Assembly: GCA_013265495.1 (NCBI GenBank)
Contig: MU058781.1
Coordinates: 1,716,963-1,780,962, forward strand
Origin: Vicugna vicugna
Taxonomy: Eukaryota
Length of the DNA: 64,000 nt
Direction: 5' to 3'
Positions 11,755 through 22,258 of the stretch are shown here, one piece after another (within the stretch, counting starts at the first letter, position 1; each line of letters opens with the position of its first letter). The translations under genes were made by a program, and so were the position numbers. Below the pieces are notes generated by a model. The model was given only the letters and a program-made list of their open reading frames with translations, was not told the DNA's origin and did no database searches.

Positions 11755-12600
11755 GATTTACAATGTGTTAGTTTCTAGTGTGCAGCATAGTGATTCAGGT
11801 ATACATATAAATATTCTGTTTCAGATTCTTTTTCATTATAGGTTATTACAAGCTACTGAATATAGTTCCCTGTACTATCCAGTAGGACCTTGTTTGTTGT
11901 TTGTTTTGTATATAGTAGTTTGTATCTGCTAATCTCAAACTCTTAATTTATCTCTCCCTGCCTTTCCCCTTAAGTTTTCTATGTCTATGGGTCTCTAATT
12001 GTAAATAAGTTCATTTGTGTCATTTTTTTTAGATTCTACATCTAAGTGATATATGATATTTGTCTTCCTCTGACTTGACTTCACTTACTCATATGATATC
12101 TCTAGGTCTACCCATGTTGCTGAGAAAGGCAATATTTCATTCTTTTGTGTCCGAGTAGTATTCCATTGGATAAATATACCACGGCTTCTTTATCCAGTCA
12201 TCTGTCAGTGGACATTCAGGGTGCTTCTGTGTCTTGGCTGTTGTAAATTGTGCTGCTGTGAACATTGGGGTGCATGTATCTTTTCGAATTTAGGTTTCGC
12301 AAGATACATGCCCCCAGGAGTGGGGTTTATAGATCGCATGGTAGCTCTATTTTTAGTTTGGTTTTAATCTCCGTACTGGTTTCCATAGTGGCTGCTCCAG
12401 ATTACATTCGCATCAGTAGCAGCAGTTTTTCTCCACAGCCTCTCCAGCATTTGTGGTTTGTGGACTTTTGAATGATGGCCATTCTGACTGGTGTGGGGTA
12501 ATACCTCGTTGTAACTTCAATTTGCATTTCTCTGACCATAAGCAGTATTGAGCATCTTTTCCTGTGCCTCTTGGCCATCTGTATGTCTTCACCAGAGAAA
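11755..12600 (-). mobile_element. L1 3' portion, 5'-truncated
   Basis: 'tttacaatgtgttagtttctagtgtgcagcatagtgattca' through 'ttggccatctgtatgtcttc'; decayed TSD at both ends. Confidence 0.85.
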
Positions 12601-12732
12601 TGGGAGACATACGTTTTTAAGACAAGAAATGTCTAGGGAAGAATATGAAATATCCTTGCAATAAGAGATTAAGAGTGTCGTTTGTCACATCCAAGCTGCC
12701 CCAGTGAAATTTGTGGCTTTTCTATTTATCAG

Positions 12733-12832
12733 AATGAGTAAACTAGAAGAGTTTCACGATTTTGTTCTTCAAGAGCTGAGCAGTCTTGAGAAGGATATTC
12801 AGGATCTGAAACGCCTTGAGGAGAATGTTCTG
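12733..12832 (+). CDS. SYCP2L: SYCP2L coding exon (probably exon 27), 100 bp, coiled-coil-like region
   Basis: ttatcag|A...CTG|gtaagt; encodes MSKLEEFHDFVLQELSSLEKDIQDLKRLEENVL. Confidence 0.92.
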
Positions 12833-12941
12833 GTAAGTTCCTCTTGTTTGGAACATTCTCTGTGACTTAAGGGGCTCTGTTCCAGGGTGGACCAACTGCT
12901 AATTTCTTCAACCAACCAGCCAACCTTTTGTTCAATTTTAG

Positions 12942-13000
12942 GAATTTTGGGGGAAGCAGTCTGATGATCTGAAATCATTCTGTGATCTGCAACTGCTGAG
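12942..13000 (+). CDS. SYCP2L: SYCP2L coding exon (probably exon 28), 59 bp
   Basis: ttttag|GAA...CTGAG|gtattt; encodes EFWGKQSDDLKSFCDLQLL(R); 109-bp upstream intron. Confidence 0.92.
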
Positions 13001-13900
13001 GTATTTTTTTTTAAACAAATACTCTTTCTAGAGCTTATCTTAGTTGAAATAGGAGGTATTCAGCTCAGGTATGAGTGGCTGAGTTTGATAAAACCTTAGA
13101 TTAGTAGCTAATTAGCTACAACTTTTCTCAACAGCCACTCCGGTGGGGCTCCCTGAGCTTAGAGCGTGGTTTAGGATGTCAGTTGGGGTATTGATTTTGA
13201 CAAGCATAATCAGGGTCATCCAGACTTCAGTGTTTTTGATGCAAGTGGTTTTCTTTTTAAGCAATATTTTTAAATACTTAAAACAGATTTTGAGAAAAAT
13301 ATTGAGGTTGGGCTTCTGAGTCAACCGTTGATTTTCAGTGAAGCTGAACTGTGTTCTTGAAAATATATTCTGTATATTCGGTTTTAAAAGACACGTGGGA
13401 TTGTCTTGCTCCACGTATATCCCGCTGTGACTAGCCAGCGTGCCTTCTGAGGCTGCGGCTTCTATCCATTTGGAACGCGGTACCTTTTCCTAGGGTGTAA
13501 GAAGTCGGGAAAGAGAAAGGAGCCCGTCACGCCTCTGCCCGTACCCGGGGCGACATTCTGTGCTTTCTTCCTGCTCAAATCAAAAGGAGCCCCTGTATAA
13601 GTTTGTAATGGCTAAAGCTTTCTCTCCCAGTTGAGAATCAGCTTTTATCACAGAAATCGAAGTCACGTGGTTTTAAAAGGGATATTATTCTGATCACGTC
13701 ATGTATTTCAGACAAGTACAGCAAAAACTTTCCAAATTTGAGTTCCATGCTACTGTTGACCCCAGTTAACACAATGAATAATGATGACAGTGTGGACTAT
13801 AGATTTGCAAAATTCTTTCACGCATGCATCTCCCTCCGTGTGCATGATTAAAGTGGGTTTCCATTTAAAATCTCTTCACTGAATGCCCGTGGTTGGCTCT

Positions 13901-14402
13901 TAATGGTTCTCAAACTTGTTGGAATCAAGACCTCTGAACACTTTTAAAATGTACTGAGAATCCTCAGAGAGCTTGGCTTTGTGGGGATATATCTCTGAAT
14001 ATTTTCCACATTAAAAATTGAGGTTTTTTAAAAAATGTATTTATTTTAAAATAACAATAAACCTTTGCATAGTGGTATAAATAACAGATTTTTTTTTAAT
14101 GAAAAATAACCAGACTTTTCAAAACAAATGTGAGAAGAGTAGCATTGTTTTATGTTTTTGCAAATCTCTTTACTGTCTGGCTTAATAGAAGACATGATGT
14201 CTGCTTCTGAATTCAATCTAGTGTGGTACCACACGTCACGTAGCCTCTGGAAAACTCCACTGAACATTTGTGAGAGAGTAAGAATGAAAAAAGCAAGTAA
14301 TGTCTTAGTGCTATTAACATTATGACCGAAATAGTTATGACCTCACAGAACCTTTGGAAACAGTTTCCCTAAGGGTCCCAAATGTGAGGTGAAGAACTGC
14401 TG
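13901..14402. mobile_element. hAT-Charlie DNA transposon relic (Charlie4a-like)
   Basis: Begins 'taatggttctcaaactt' and ends 'aagaactgctg' (degenerate hAT TIRs); internal 'gcaaatctctttactgtctggcttaatagaagac'. Confidence 0.65.
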
Positions 14403-14869
14403 ATATAAAGCAGTTCTCTGTACTATACTATGTATATTTACGTACACTGTATCTACCTGTCTGTATATCTGTCTATATAATACAGGTAAGTATAATCTAT
14501 AATACAGTGAGCTTTATAGAGATTATATCCCTTAGTCTTCTGAAACCTAGAGAATTCATAATCTATTTTGCTAGAAAATAACTTCAGACAATTTAATTAA
14601 AAACATTATTATGAACTTCTACATCTGGGCTGCCTTTCCTGAATGAACGGGTAACTGTTAGTACTTTAAAATGAATTAAATACATCTTCTTTTAAAGTAT
14701 ACTTCTTGGGGTAGAGGACCTGTTTTGACTAAACCCAGATTTTAGGCAACTGTCTCATCAGTTCATGTAGATTATGTTGTAGATATTAATCACTATTTTC
14801 GTTCATCTCCCTTGATAACGGGCCCCTGTGTGAATTTCGAATACCTCGAAGAACAAAAATGACTTTTAT

Positions 14870-14985
14870 TTATTTTTCATTGAAGTGCAGTCAGTTACAA
14901 TGTGTCAGTTTCTGGTGCACAGCACAATGTCGCACTCATGCATATACACGCGTATATTCGTTTTCATATTCTTTTTCATTAAAGG
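14870..14985 (-). mobile_element. Short L1 3'-end fragment
   Basis: 'ttttcattgaagtgcagtcagttacaatgtgtcagtttctggtgcacagcac'. Confidence 0.7.
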
Positions 14986-15384
14986 CTAAAGATGGCTTTT
15001 AAGTATACAACCTCCAAGTTTTGAATTTGCTCTCTTCTCTTCTGAGCACATAAGGACCATGCCCCGTGGTTTGCAAGTGAGAGAAGGCGGTGGTGCCCTT
15101 AGCTCACACTGCGTTCCAACCGGGCACTGGGCTCTGGGCTAAGTGCTTGACGTGCCCGTGAGACTTAGCGAGGTTAATCAGCTTGGCTGAGATCACACCA
15201 CGTCAGTGGTGGCTTGACACACTTTCCTAGGGAGATGAGAAGGGCTTCCTCACCCTGGACTGTTGCCGCCCCGAGCACAGAGCTGCAGAAGACAGGGATT
15301 CAGTGCTTTGAATGGTCGTCATGAAATCCCTCTCCGTGTGTTGTGGGCTAGTGGCATGACAGAGACAATGCATAAAAGAGAATC

Positions 15385-15570
15385 AAACATAAAAACTACT
15401 ACGTATAATATAGATAAACAAGGTCCTACTGTGTAGCACAGGGAACTACATTCAGGGTCTTTTAATAACCTATAATGAAAAAGAATATATACACACATAC
15501 AAGTGAATCACTGCTATATACCAGAAGCTAACACCACATTGTAAATCAACTGTACTTCAATAAAAAAGAA
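15385..15570 (+). mobile_element. Short L1 3'-end fragment
   Basis: 'tagataaacaaggtcctactgtgtagcacagggaactac...gtaaatcaactgtacttcaataaaaaa'. Confidence 0.8.
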
Positions 15571-15757
15571 TCAGATGAAAATATTCATCTCTTACGTTGA
15601 TATCTTGGATTGGCTACTGACCCTCCTCAGTGAAGGTCCTGCAGTACAACAGTCTATGAAGTCACTCCGTGGTACATATGTAATAGGCACACGGATATAT
15701 AGTCTTGTTTTTAAATTGTCTAATGTGGACATAATGAGGTGGATCAATTTCTTGCAG

Positions 15758-15782
15758 GCTTAATCCAGTTCAGCCTTCATGA
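15758..15782 (+). CDS. SYCP2L: SYCP2L last coding exon (CDS part); exon continues as UTR to 15819
   Basis: cttgcag|G CTT AAT CCA GTT CAG CCT TCA TGA = (R)LNPVQPS*; the phase matches the preceding exon; donor gtaggt at 15820. Confidence 0.88.
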
Positions 15783-15984
15783 GGAACGCCAAAGATCCGC
15801 TTTATGCTGCGCTCCTGGGGTAGGTACAAGCTTTGCTCTGTTCAGTCACCGTGACTTGAAGTGGGGAAGCGAGCCCTAGAAGTTACTCTCATTCTTTGTC
15901 CACATTACATCGCTTCCACTGAGCTTCCTCCTGTTTCACCATATCTCCCATCCTAGAAATTATCCTTCTGGATCTGGGTCATTC

Positions 15985-16850
15985 TTTCATTTGGTAATTT
16001 GGTAAATACGTATAATTGAGCACTTGCCCTGCATCGAGCTCTGTGCTAAACAGGGAGATGCAGTGAATGACACACGGACATGTTCTTGGCTCCCCTCCCG
16101 CCTGCCACCCCAAAGTAAATTCCTTGAAGGAAGACAGAAAACTAAGCAAATAAAACAATCACAAGTATACTGAGCGCTTTGAGGGACGCTGAGAAGGCGC
16201 TTTGGCAGAGAGCAGTGGTGTGAAGTATCAGTTTCAGATAGGATGGTCATTAAAGGTCCCTCTGAGGAAGTGACACTCAGGATGCCGTTTCAAGAATGGG
16301 AAGGGACTAGACTTGGGAACTGTTTCAAGGAACAGGATTGGGCTGGGGAGAACTTTGACATCTTGGAGGAACTGAAAGTTCTTGGATCACGGTGGTGTAA
16401 GGGGGACAGTTCCTTGATACGAAGTTGGGAGCCTGGCTGACTGTCAGTGACCACGTCGAGGGGTTGGAATTGTATACTAAGGCTGAAGGAAAATCTGGGT
16501 GGCTGTGAGCAAAGGCATCGATCGGGGGGTGAGGGTAGTCTGATTTGTATTTTAAGAAAGTCTTTCTAGCTGCTGTGTTGAGAATTGATTGGAAAAGCGA
16601 AGACTAGAAGAGGAAAGCTTGACTGGAGGGCCTCGGAGATGGTGAGAAATGGAGAGATTCCAGATGCATTTGGGGGCTAGACTGAGTAAGTTCCCGAGAA
16701 GTGGAAGCAGTAGGTAAAGGAAGGAGAATTCAGATGCCTCCTGGGCTTCTGTCCTCTAGCAATTAGATGGATGGTGCTGCCGATTAGAGAGCGAGGGAAG
16801 ACTTGGGGTGGGAGCGGTATGTGACTTGGGCAGAAACCAGTCCATTTGTT
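15985..16850 (-). mobile_element. L2 LINE relic
   Basis: 'tataattgagcacttgccctgcatcgagctctgtgctaaac', 'ctctgaggaagtgacact', 'ctagctgctgtgttgagaattgattgg'. Confidence 0.65.
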
Positions 16851-18299
16851 AACATTTCAACCTGCATTTGTCTGCGCTTATCCAAGTTTTGATGAGAATC
16901 TCAAGTAATGGACAGTTTTCCAGAAAAATATAATTTAATAAAACAGACTCCTAAATAGATAGAAAAACATAGGCAAATGTTCACGGAAGAAGTAGAGAAA
17001 GTTAAAGAACTGCCCTACAAACCTGTGTCTGGCCCGGATCGCATCACAGAGGAATTCTGCTGGTCCTTTAAAGTATCATGTTAGTGTTGTTGAAACTATT
17101 CCGGCACAGAGGAGCGTACAAATTCCCCAGTTCTTTTTATGAACCTTGCATTCCAATACCAACACAAGAGAAACTGCGCAGAGAGACCCACGGAACAATC
17201 TTCCGTGAAGTAACAGGTGGCGCCTTGGAGTCAGCCACGTTTTAGCTAAAGGAGGAGGCAAGGAGACAGAAGAGGCTGAGGATGTTGAGGTGTTTGCTGG
17301 GCTGACTGGGGTGAAGGGGCCCGAGAAGGGGCGCTCTGGAGGGTGGGGGAGGGGAGTAGACTGGGGCAGAGGAGGAGACGTGCAACCGTCTTTAGGTGAG
17401 AATGGATGGTAACGTGGCTGATAGTGGCTGTCTTTTGACAGTGACTAAGACAAAGAGGAATTTGAAGCCAGATGGGATTGACTCAGATCTTTAAAGGAAA
17501 GAGTTTATAACATTATCACCATGAACCCTCATGCTTCCTGGACAGGCCAGCAGCTCCTGGGGCCACCACTCTAAGAGCTTCCTGGCCGTGTTGTGAGGCC
17601 CACAGAGTGAAATAAATCTAATGTGTGTAGAGCAGGCCCCAACTCTTCTGCTCTTGGACACAGTCACTTTAAGGACAACAACCCTCCCACCCAGCTGGAT
17701 TCTTTAAATACAGTTTTGTTCATTCTTACAGCATTTAATAATGGGGCTTTTAACGCAGGTATCAACTTTGAGATTTTTCTTCAAGCTGGAGGTCTAAGCA
17801 GACCATAGCTAAATATATTTTAATAGGACTGCCATTCCCTTTACCTTAAAGAATTCAGTGACTATTTGTTGAACACATGTGTTTTGCTTCATTTTATTTG
17901 GGAATAAATGCAGTGGGTGGTTTTGTTTGTTTGTTTGTTTTGTTTTTTTTTAACAACTCCTTTCAATGTCCAAAGCTGTGCTTTGAGATTTTTGACACAG
18001 AAATTCCACTTCTAGGAAATTATCTTAAAGATGAAATTGGCCACCAGACACGCACTGTGACATGTATTACAGATGACTCTAATAGGGAGGTACTAGAAAG
18101 TGTCTAGATGCCCAGCTAGTGTCCGGTTAAATCCATCGATACACTCGTATGGTATGTCATGTTGCCATCAAAAAGAGTGATTTGGATGACATTGATGTAG
18201 AAGATATTCAACAGTGAGTGAGAAGCAAAAGCTGGTTGCAAAACAGCATGTATAACACAATCCTATTCGTTTTAAATGTTAGATGAGGGTGTCTATGTT

Positions 18300-19010
18300 C
18301 ATATATTCATTCCCTCAGTGAACTGTTGAGGCGTTTAGGTGCTGGTACTGTCTTAGGTCCAGGGGGTAGAACAAGACCCAAGGGGCCCTTGACCTTATTG
18401 GGGGTACATTCTAGTAGGAAAGACAGATGGTAAACAATTAAATAGATAAGAACTCATGATCGTGGTAAAGGCTAAGAAGGAAAGAAGTGTGATGAGAGAG
18501 ACAGATGGTATGGAAGGAGGAGAGTCAAGTCAGTCCTTCTAAGGAAGTAACATCTGAGTTAAAAGTTGAAAATGATGTACGCGGTGGAGCTGGAGCTGAA
18601 AGGGCTGCTGATCGATTAGCTGTGGCTGGAGGGGAAGCAGCAGGAGTAAGGACAACTTCCAGGCTTGGGGCTTGAGCATCTAGGTGGAAATTGGTGTCAT
18701 TTAAGGAAATAGTGAAGACTGGGAAAGGTCCAGTTTTATTGGCTGGCGGGGAAGGAGAAGGATGTGGATGGATATTGAACGTTTGATTTGGGACTTAACA
18801 TTGAACTTGTGACTTCGGCCTGTGAATGGAATTGTCAAGTGGGTAACTGGGATATTCGAGACTGAAATTCATGGTAGAGGGCTGAGCACAAGACTGGAAG
18901 AATTGATTTAGGAACCAATTATAGAGACGTTCCAGAACAAAATTCTCGGGATGCTCCAATGTGTTGAAGTTTGATGAGGGAGATGAAGCCAGAAGAAGAG
19001 GGTGAGAAAG
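18300..19010 (-). mobile_element. L2 LINE relic
   Basis: 'attcattccctcagtgaactgttgag', 'tacattctagtaggaaagacaga', 'cttccaggcttggggcttgagcatctaggtgga'. Confidence 0.6.
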
Positions 19011-19799
19011 AATTGTCCCAGGAGGGGGTGGTGTTACGGAGGATGGGGCGTGTGTGCATGCATATGTAGTACAAGGTCTCGACTCTAGAAGATACTCATC
19101 AAAATGTCAACTGTGGTTATTTCTGCGTGGTGACATTTTGGTGAATTTACTTTCTGTCTTAGAGTGTTTTGTATTTTTAGGACTTAGTGCAAGATATAAA
19201 TTTCTTTCGTGTGATAAATTCAAACAGCATAACATTTATAAAGAGTGAACTTTTTCCCCCTTTCCCTAACCCTCCTTTGTCTTTATGATCCAGAGAGAAT
19301 TGTCTCTTTACTATTTGGTATGTATTCCAGATATTTTTTCTGTGCTTATATAAGAATATATACAAATCTTCAAAAGTGTAAATATGTGTATTTTAGGTAA
19401 CATAAATGATACAGTAAATATTATGCACATTAGTCTTCCTTTGTTCTCTCAGCAATAGATGTAGGAATCCTTTCCAAATCAGTCACATTAATCTGCTTTT
19501 TTTTTTTAAATGCAGTGCCCCAGCTTATGTACCTACTGTAGATTATACATTCAATTCCCTATTGATGAACATCCAGGTTATTTAAAATGATTATTACCAA
19601 TAATTCTGGAGTGAAGACCCTGGTAAATAGGTCTTGAATGACTTTCATTATCAGGAGAACATTATTATTTTATCCGGGGGCAACAAAAATAACAAATCTC
19701 CAAATCAAAATAGTACTGAAAGAGGATATGGAGAAAAGGCTAATCTGGGCTAAGAATATTAGAATTCCCAGCCCTCGTGGGGAACTGGATCACCGGCGA

Positions 19800-20530
19800 A
19801 TTAAATGAACATGTTACACTCAGTCACGTAATAAAAGCCAAACTCCAGCAGTTAAACCAAGTAGGGGTCTTATTTTAACCCTACAAGCAGCCGCGCAGAG
19901 GGAGGCTCTCCAGGGCTGGGACCGCAGCTTTAGGTGGTAGTCAGGGCCCCGTGTTCCCGGCGCTTCCTGCTCTGCCCCCCGTCCTGTGGCTTTGGGCTTT
20001 GTAGCCACAGAAGGACTCTTCTCCCTTGAAGCATGTCTTCCACACCCCGGGCAGAGGGAAGGAGACGGGCAAGGATTTGGTAAAAGATGTGTGCCAGCAG
20101 AATCTATTCTCCCCTATTTTTATTTATTTATTTATTTTTAACATTGGCTGAACTCTGCTCTCTCTCTTTTTTCTTTTGAAGGGGGAGGTAATTAGGTTTG
20201 TTTATTTAGTGATTATTATTTTTAATGGAGGTACCAGGGATTGAACCTAGGACCTCGTGCATGCTAAGCAAGTGCTCTGCCACTTGATCTATACCCTCCC
20301 CCTTATTCTCCTCTATTTTTAAATTAGGGAAACCATTTTCACAGAAGACAAACCAGAAGACTTCTGTCTCCATCTGATTGGCCAGAACTGAGTCACATGA
20401 GTCACTGAGTCACTCAGTTACACGGGAATCCGGGGTGGCAAGAATTTAACTGAGCATGCTACTGTTCTCACAAAGTAGAGTTCTGTTCATAAGGAGGAAG
20501 GGGAGACTAGATGTTGGGCAGGTAACCGGT
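19800..20530 (-). mobile_element. MaLR LTR (MLT1J/K-like) interrupted by a SINE
   Basis: 'agacttctgtctccatctgattggccagaactgagtcacatg' and 'aaggaggaaggggagactagatgttgggcaggtaac'. Confidence 0.55.
20166..20302 (-). mobile_element. tRNA-Ala-derived SINE (Vic-1-like), full length
   Basis: Reverse: GGGGGAGGGTATAGATCAAGTGGCAGAGCACTTGCTTAGCATGCACGAGGTCCTAGGTTCAATCCCTGGTACCTCCA...CCTAATTACCTCCCCC plus A tail. Confidence 0.9.
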
Positions 20531-21086
20531 ACTGTCTCTCATGCCTGAATTAAATTATAGGTGCTGCACACGGGAAGAACGGAGAAATAAGTCACACAAG
20601 TGATTTTGCCTGCCATTTTCCCCAATGAGCATGTGCCCTAGTGTTTGATTACGGTGGGAGAATCTATTCCCTCAGCTGATGTCAGCTCCTACCTACTTCT
20701 TGTTTTGAGAGCATCCTTGGGCTCAGTGACAGTCTGGTTGTTAACAACACGCAGTTTTTGTACAAGGTGTCCCGGAAAGCCAGCCCGGCCACTTGATCTG
20801 GTCCTCCGTCCAAGAAATAGCCTAGCGCATTAGCCTGTTGAAAGATGGCACATGTGTCTTCACAGTTACACATGTTTTTTAAGAGATTTTTGAGAGTGTT
20901 CCCTGGCCCAGGGCACAGACCTTAGCTCCTAGAGAGCATGTAAGATGCAACTTCACTGAGTATCCAAGTTAGGCATGTAGCCACTGAAAAGGAGTGACGT
21001 TCATGTTGCCTGCCGAGTTCTGAGGGACCATGAGGGAGATAGTTCAGGCTCCACTAACTACTATTGTCCTGTTTCTTTTCCGTCAG

Positions 21087-21630
21087 TCTGAGCCGCGGGG
21101 AGGAGATGAGGCTGCCTCGGGCCACGCCAGCACTGACTTTCTGCTTTGTGCTCATTCACTCCAAATGGAATTCCTGAGACCTGCCAAGCTGGAATAGACT
21201 ATAAATATGTTGGTAGTTTGTCCATTTGTTTACACAAGTCAACCTTTTGTATTAAATTTGGTCAGAAAATCGGAAGTTCAGGATGTTTAGCAACTTGGAG
21301 TGATGTTGCCCTTTTTTTTTTTTTTATGATTTGTGAAAGTAAAATTGATTTCTGTTTGAGAATTCAAGTTATCTGCGGGTGGGGAAACCTTAGCATCTGT
21401 ATATGTACTGCTTGGTGTTTCTCTTTAAGGGAGAACTAATTGAAATGTGATGCAAATCGCTCAGGTGAAAATGGTGGTGTGTTTCGAAATAGTTGTCCTT
21501 TCATTTGATCTGCAGATACTCAGTTTCTCTGGCACTTTAACAAAAATACCAACTTTGGCAGAGGAGAAATAGTCATCTTTTGATAATTACTAAATGCCCG
21601 AATAAAGTCCGAGTGCATAAAGTTGTGCAT
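21087..21630 (+). other. SYCP2L: SYCP2L non-coding terminal exon (3'UTR); 3' end approximate
   Basis: Strong acceptor 'tgtcctgtttcttttccgtcag|TCTGAGCC', non-repeat sequence, AATAAA at 21601-21606 (ATTAAA at 21251 is an alternative). Confidence 0.6.
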
Positions 21631-21924
21631 ACAGTCGAGTGAATTTATTTTAGGAAAATGAAACAACGCAAGTTGAGGCTGTCGACAAAAAAGTTTTCTT
21701 CATGATTGGATAAGTTCAGCTAGACTGTAGACTGAAATGAGCTTATCCATTATAATTTAGTAAGTTGCATAATATGACTTATTTATTTATAGTTTAATCT
21801 GCCTAAAACAATCCTTACAACACCCATTTGTCATCGTTTTTCTTTAGAATTTTTTAATGAGCTCTATTTTTAGTATATTGTTGTAGGCTTTGCAGAGTAT
21901 AAGAGCACTTACTTAATTAATTTC

Positions 21925-22258
21925 ATTTTCCGATACAATTAACATTTAAATCGGTAGACTGTGAGTAAAGCAGATTCCCATCCGTAAAGGGGGTGGGCCT
22001 CATCCAATCAGTTGAAGGCCCTAAGAGCAAAGGCTGAGGTTGCTGGAAGAAACAGTTCTGTTTCAAGATTGCGGCATAGAAGCCCATCCTGCAGATTTCA
22101 CACTTGCCAGCTCCCACAATTTTGTGAGTCTAGTGTTTGAAATAAACATTTTCTTCTCTCTCTCTTTATAATTTATGTATAAAAATATGTATATCAAGGT
22201 ATCTCTATCTGTATCTGTCCTACTGGTTCTCTTTCTCTGGAGAATCCTCACTGATACA
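21925..22258 (+). mobile_element. ERVL LTR (MLT2-like) fragment
   Basis: 'ggtgggcctcatccaatcagttgaaggcc' and 3' end 'ttctctttctctggagaatcctcactgataca'. Confidence 0.75.

Noticed and set aside
17210..17226. Second CTCF-like motif TAACAGGTGGCGCC
   Set aside because: Poor 5' core and no upstream module; next to a decayed L1-like fragment.
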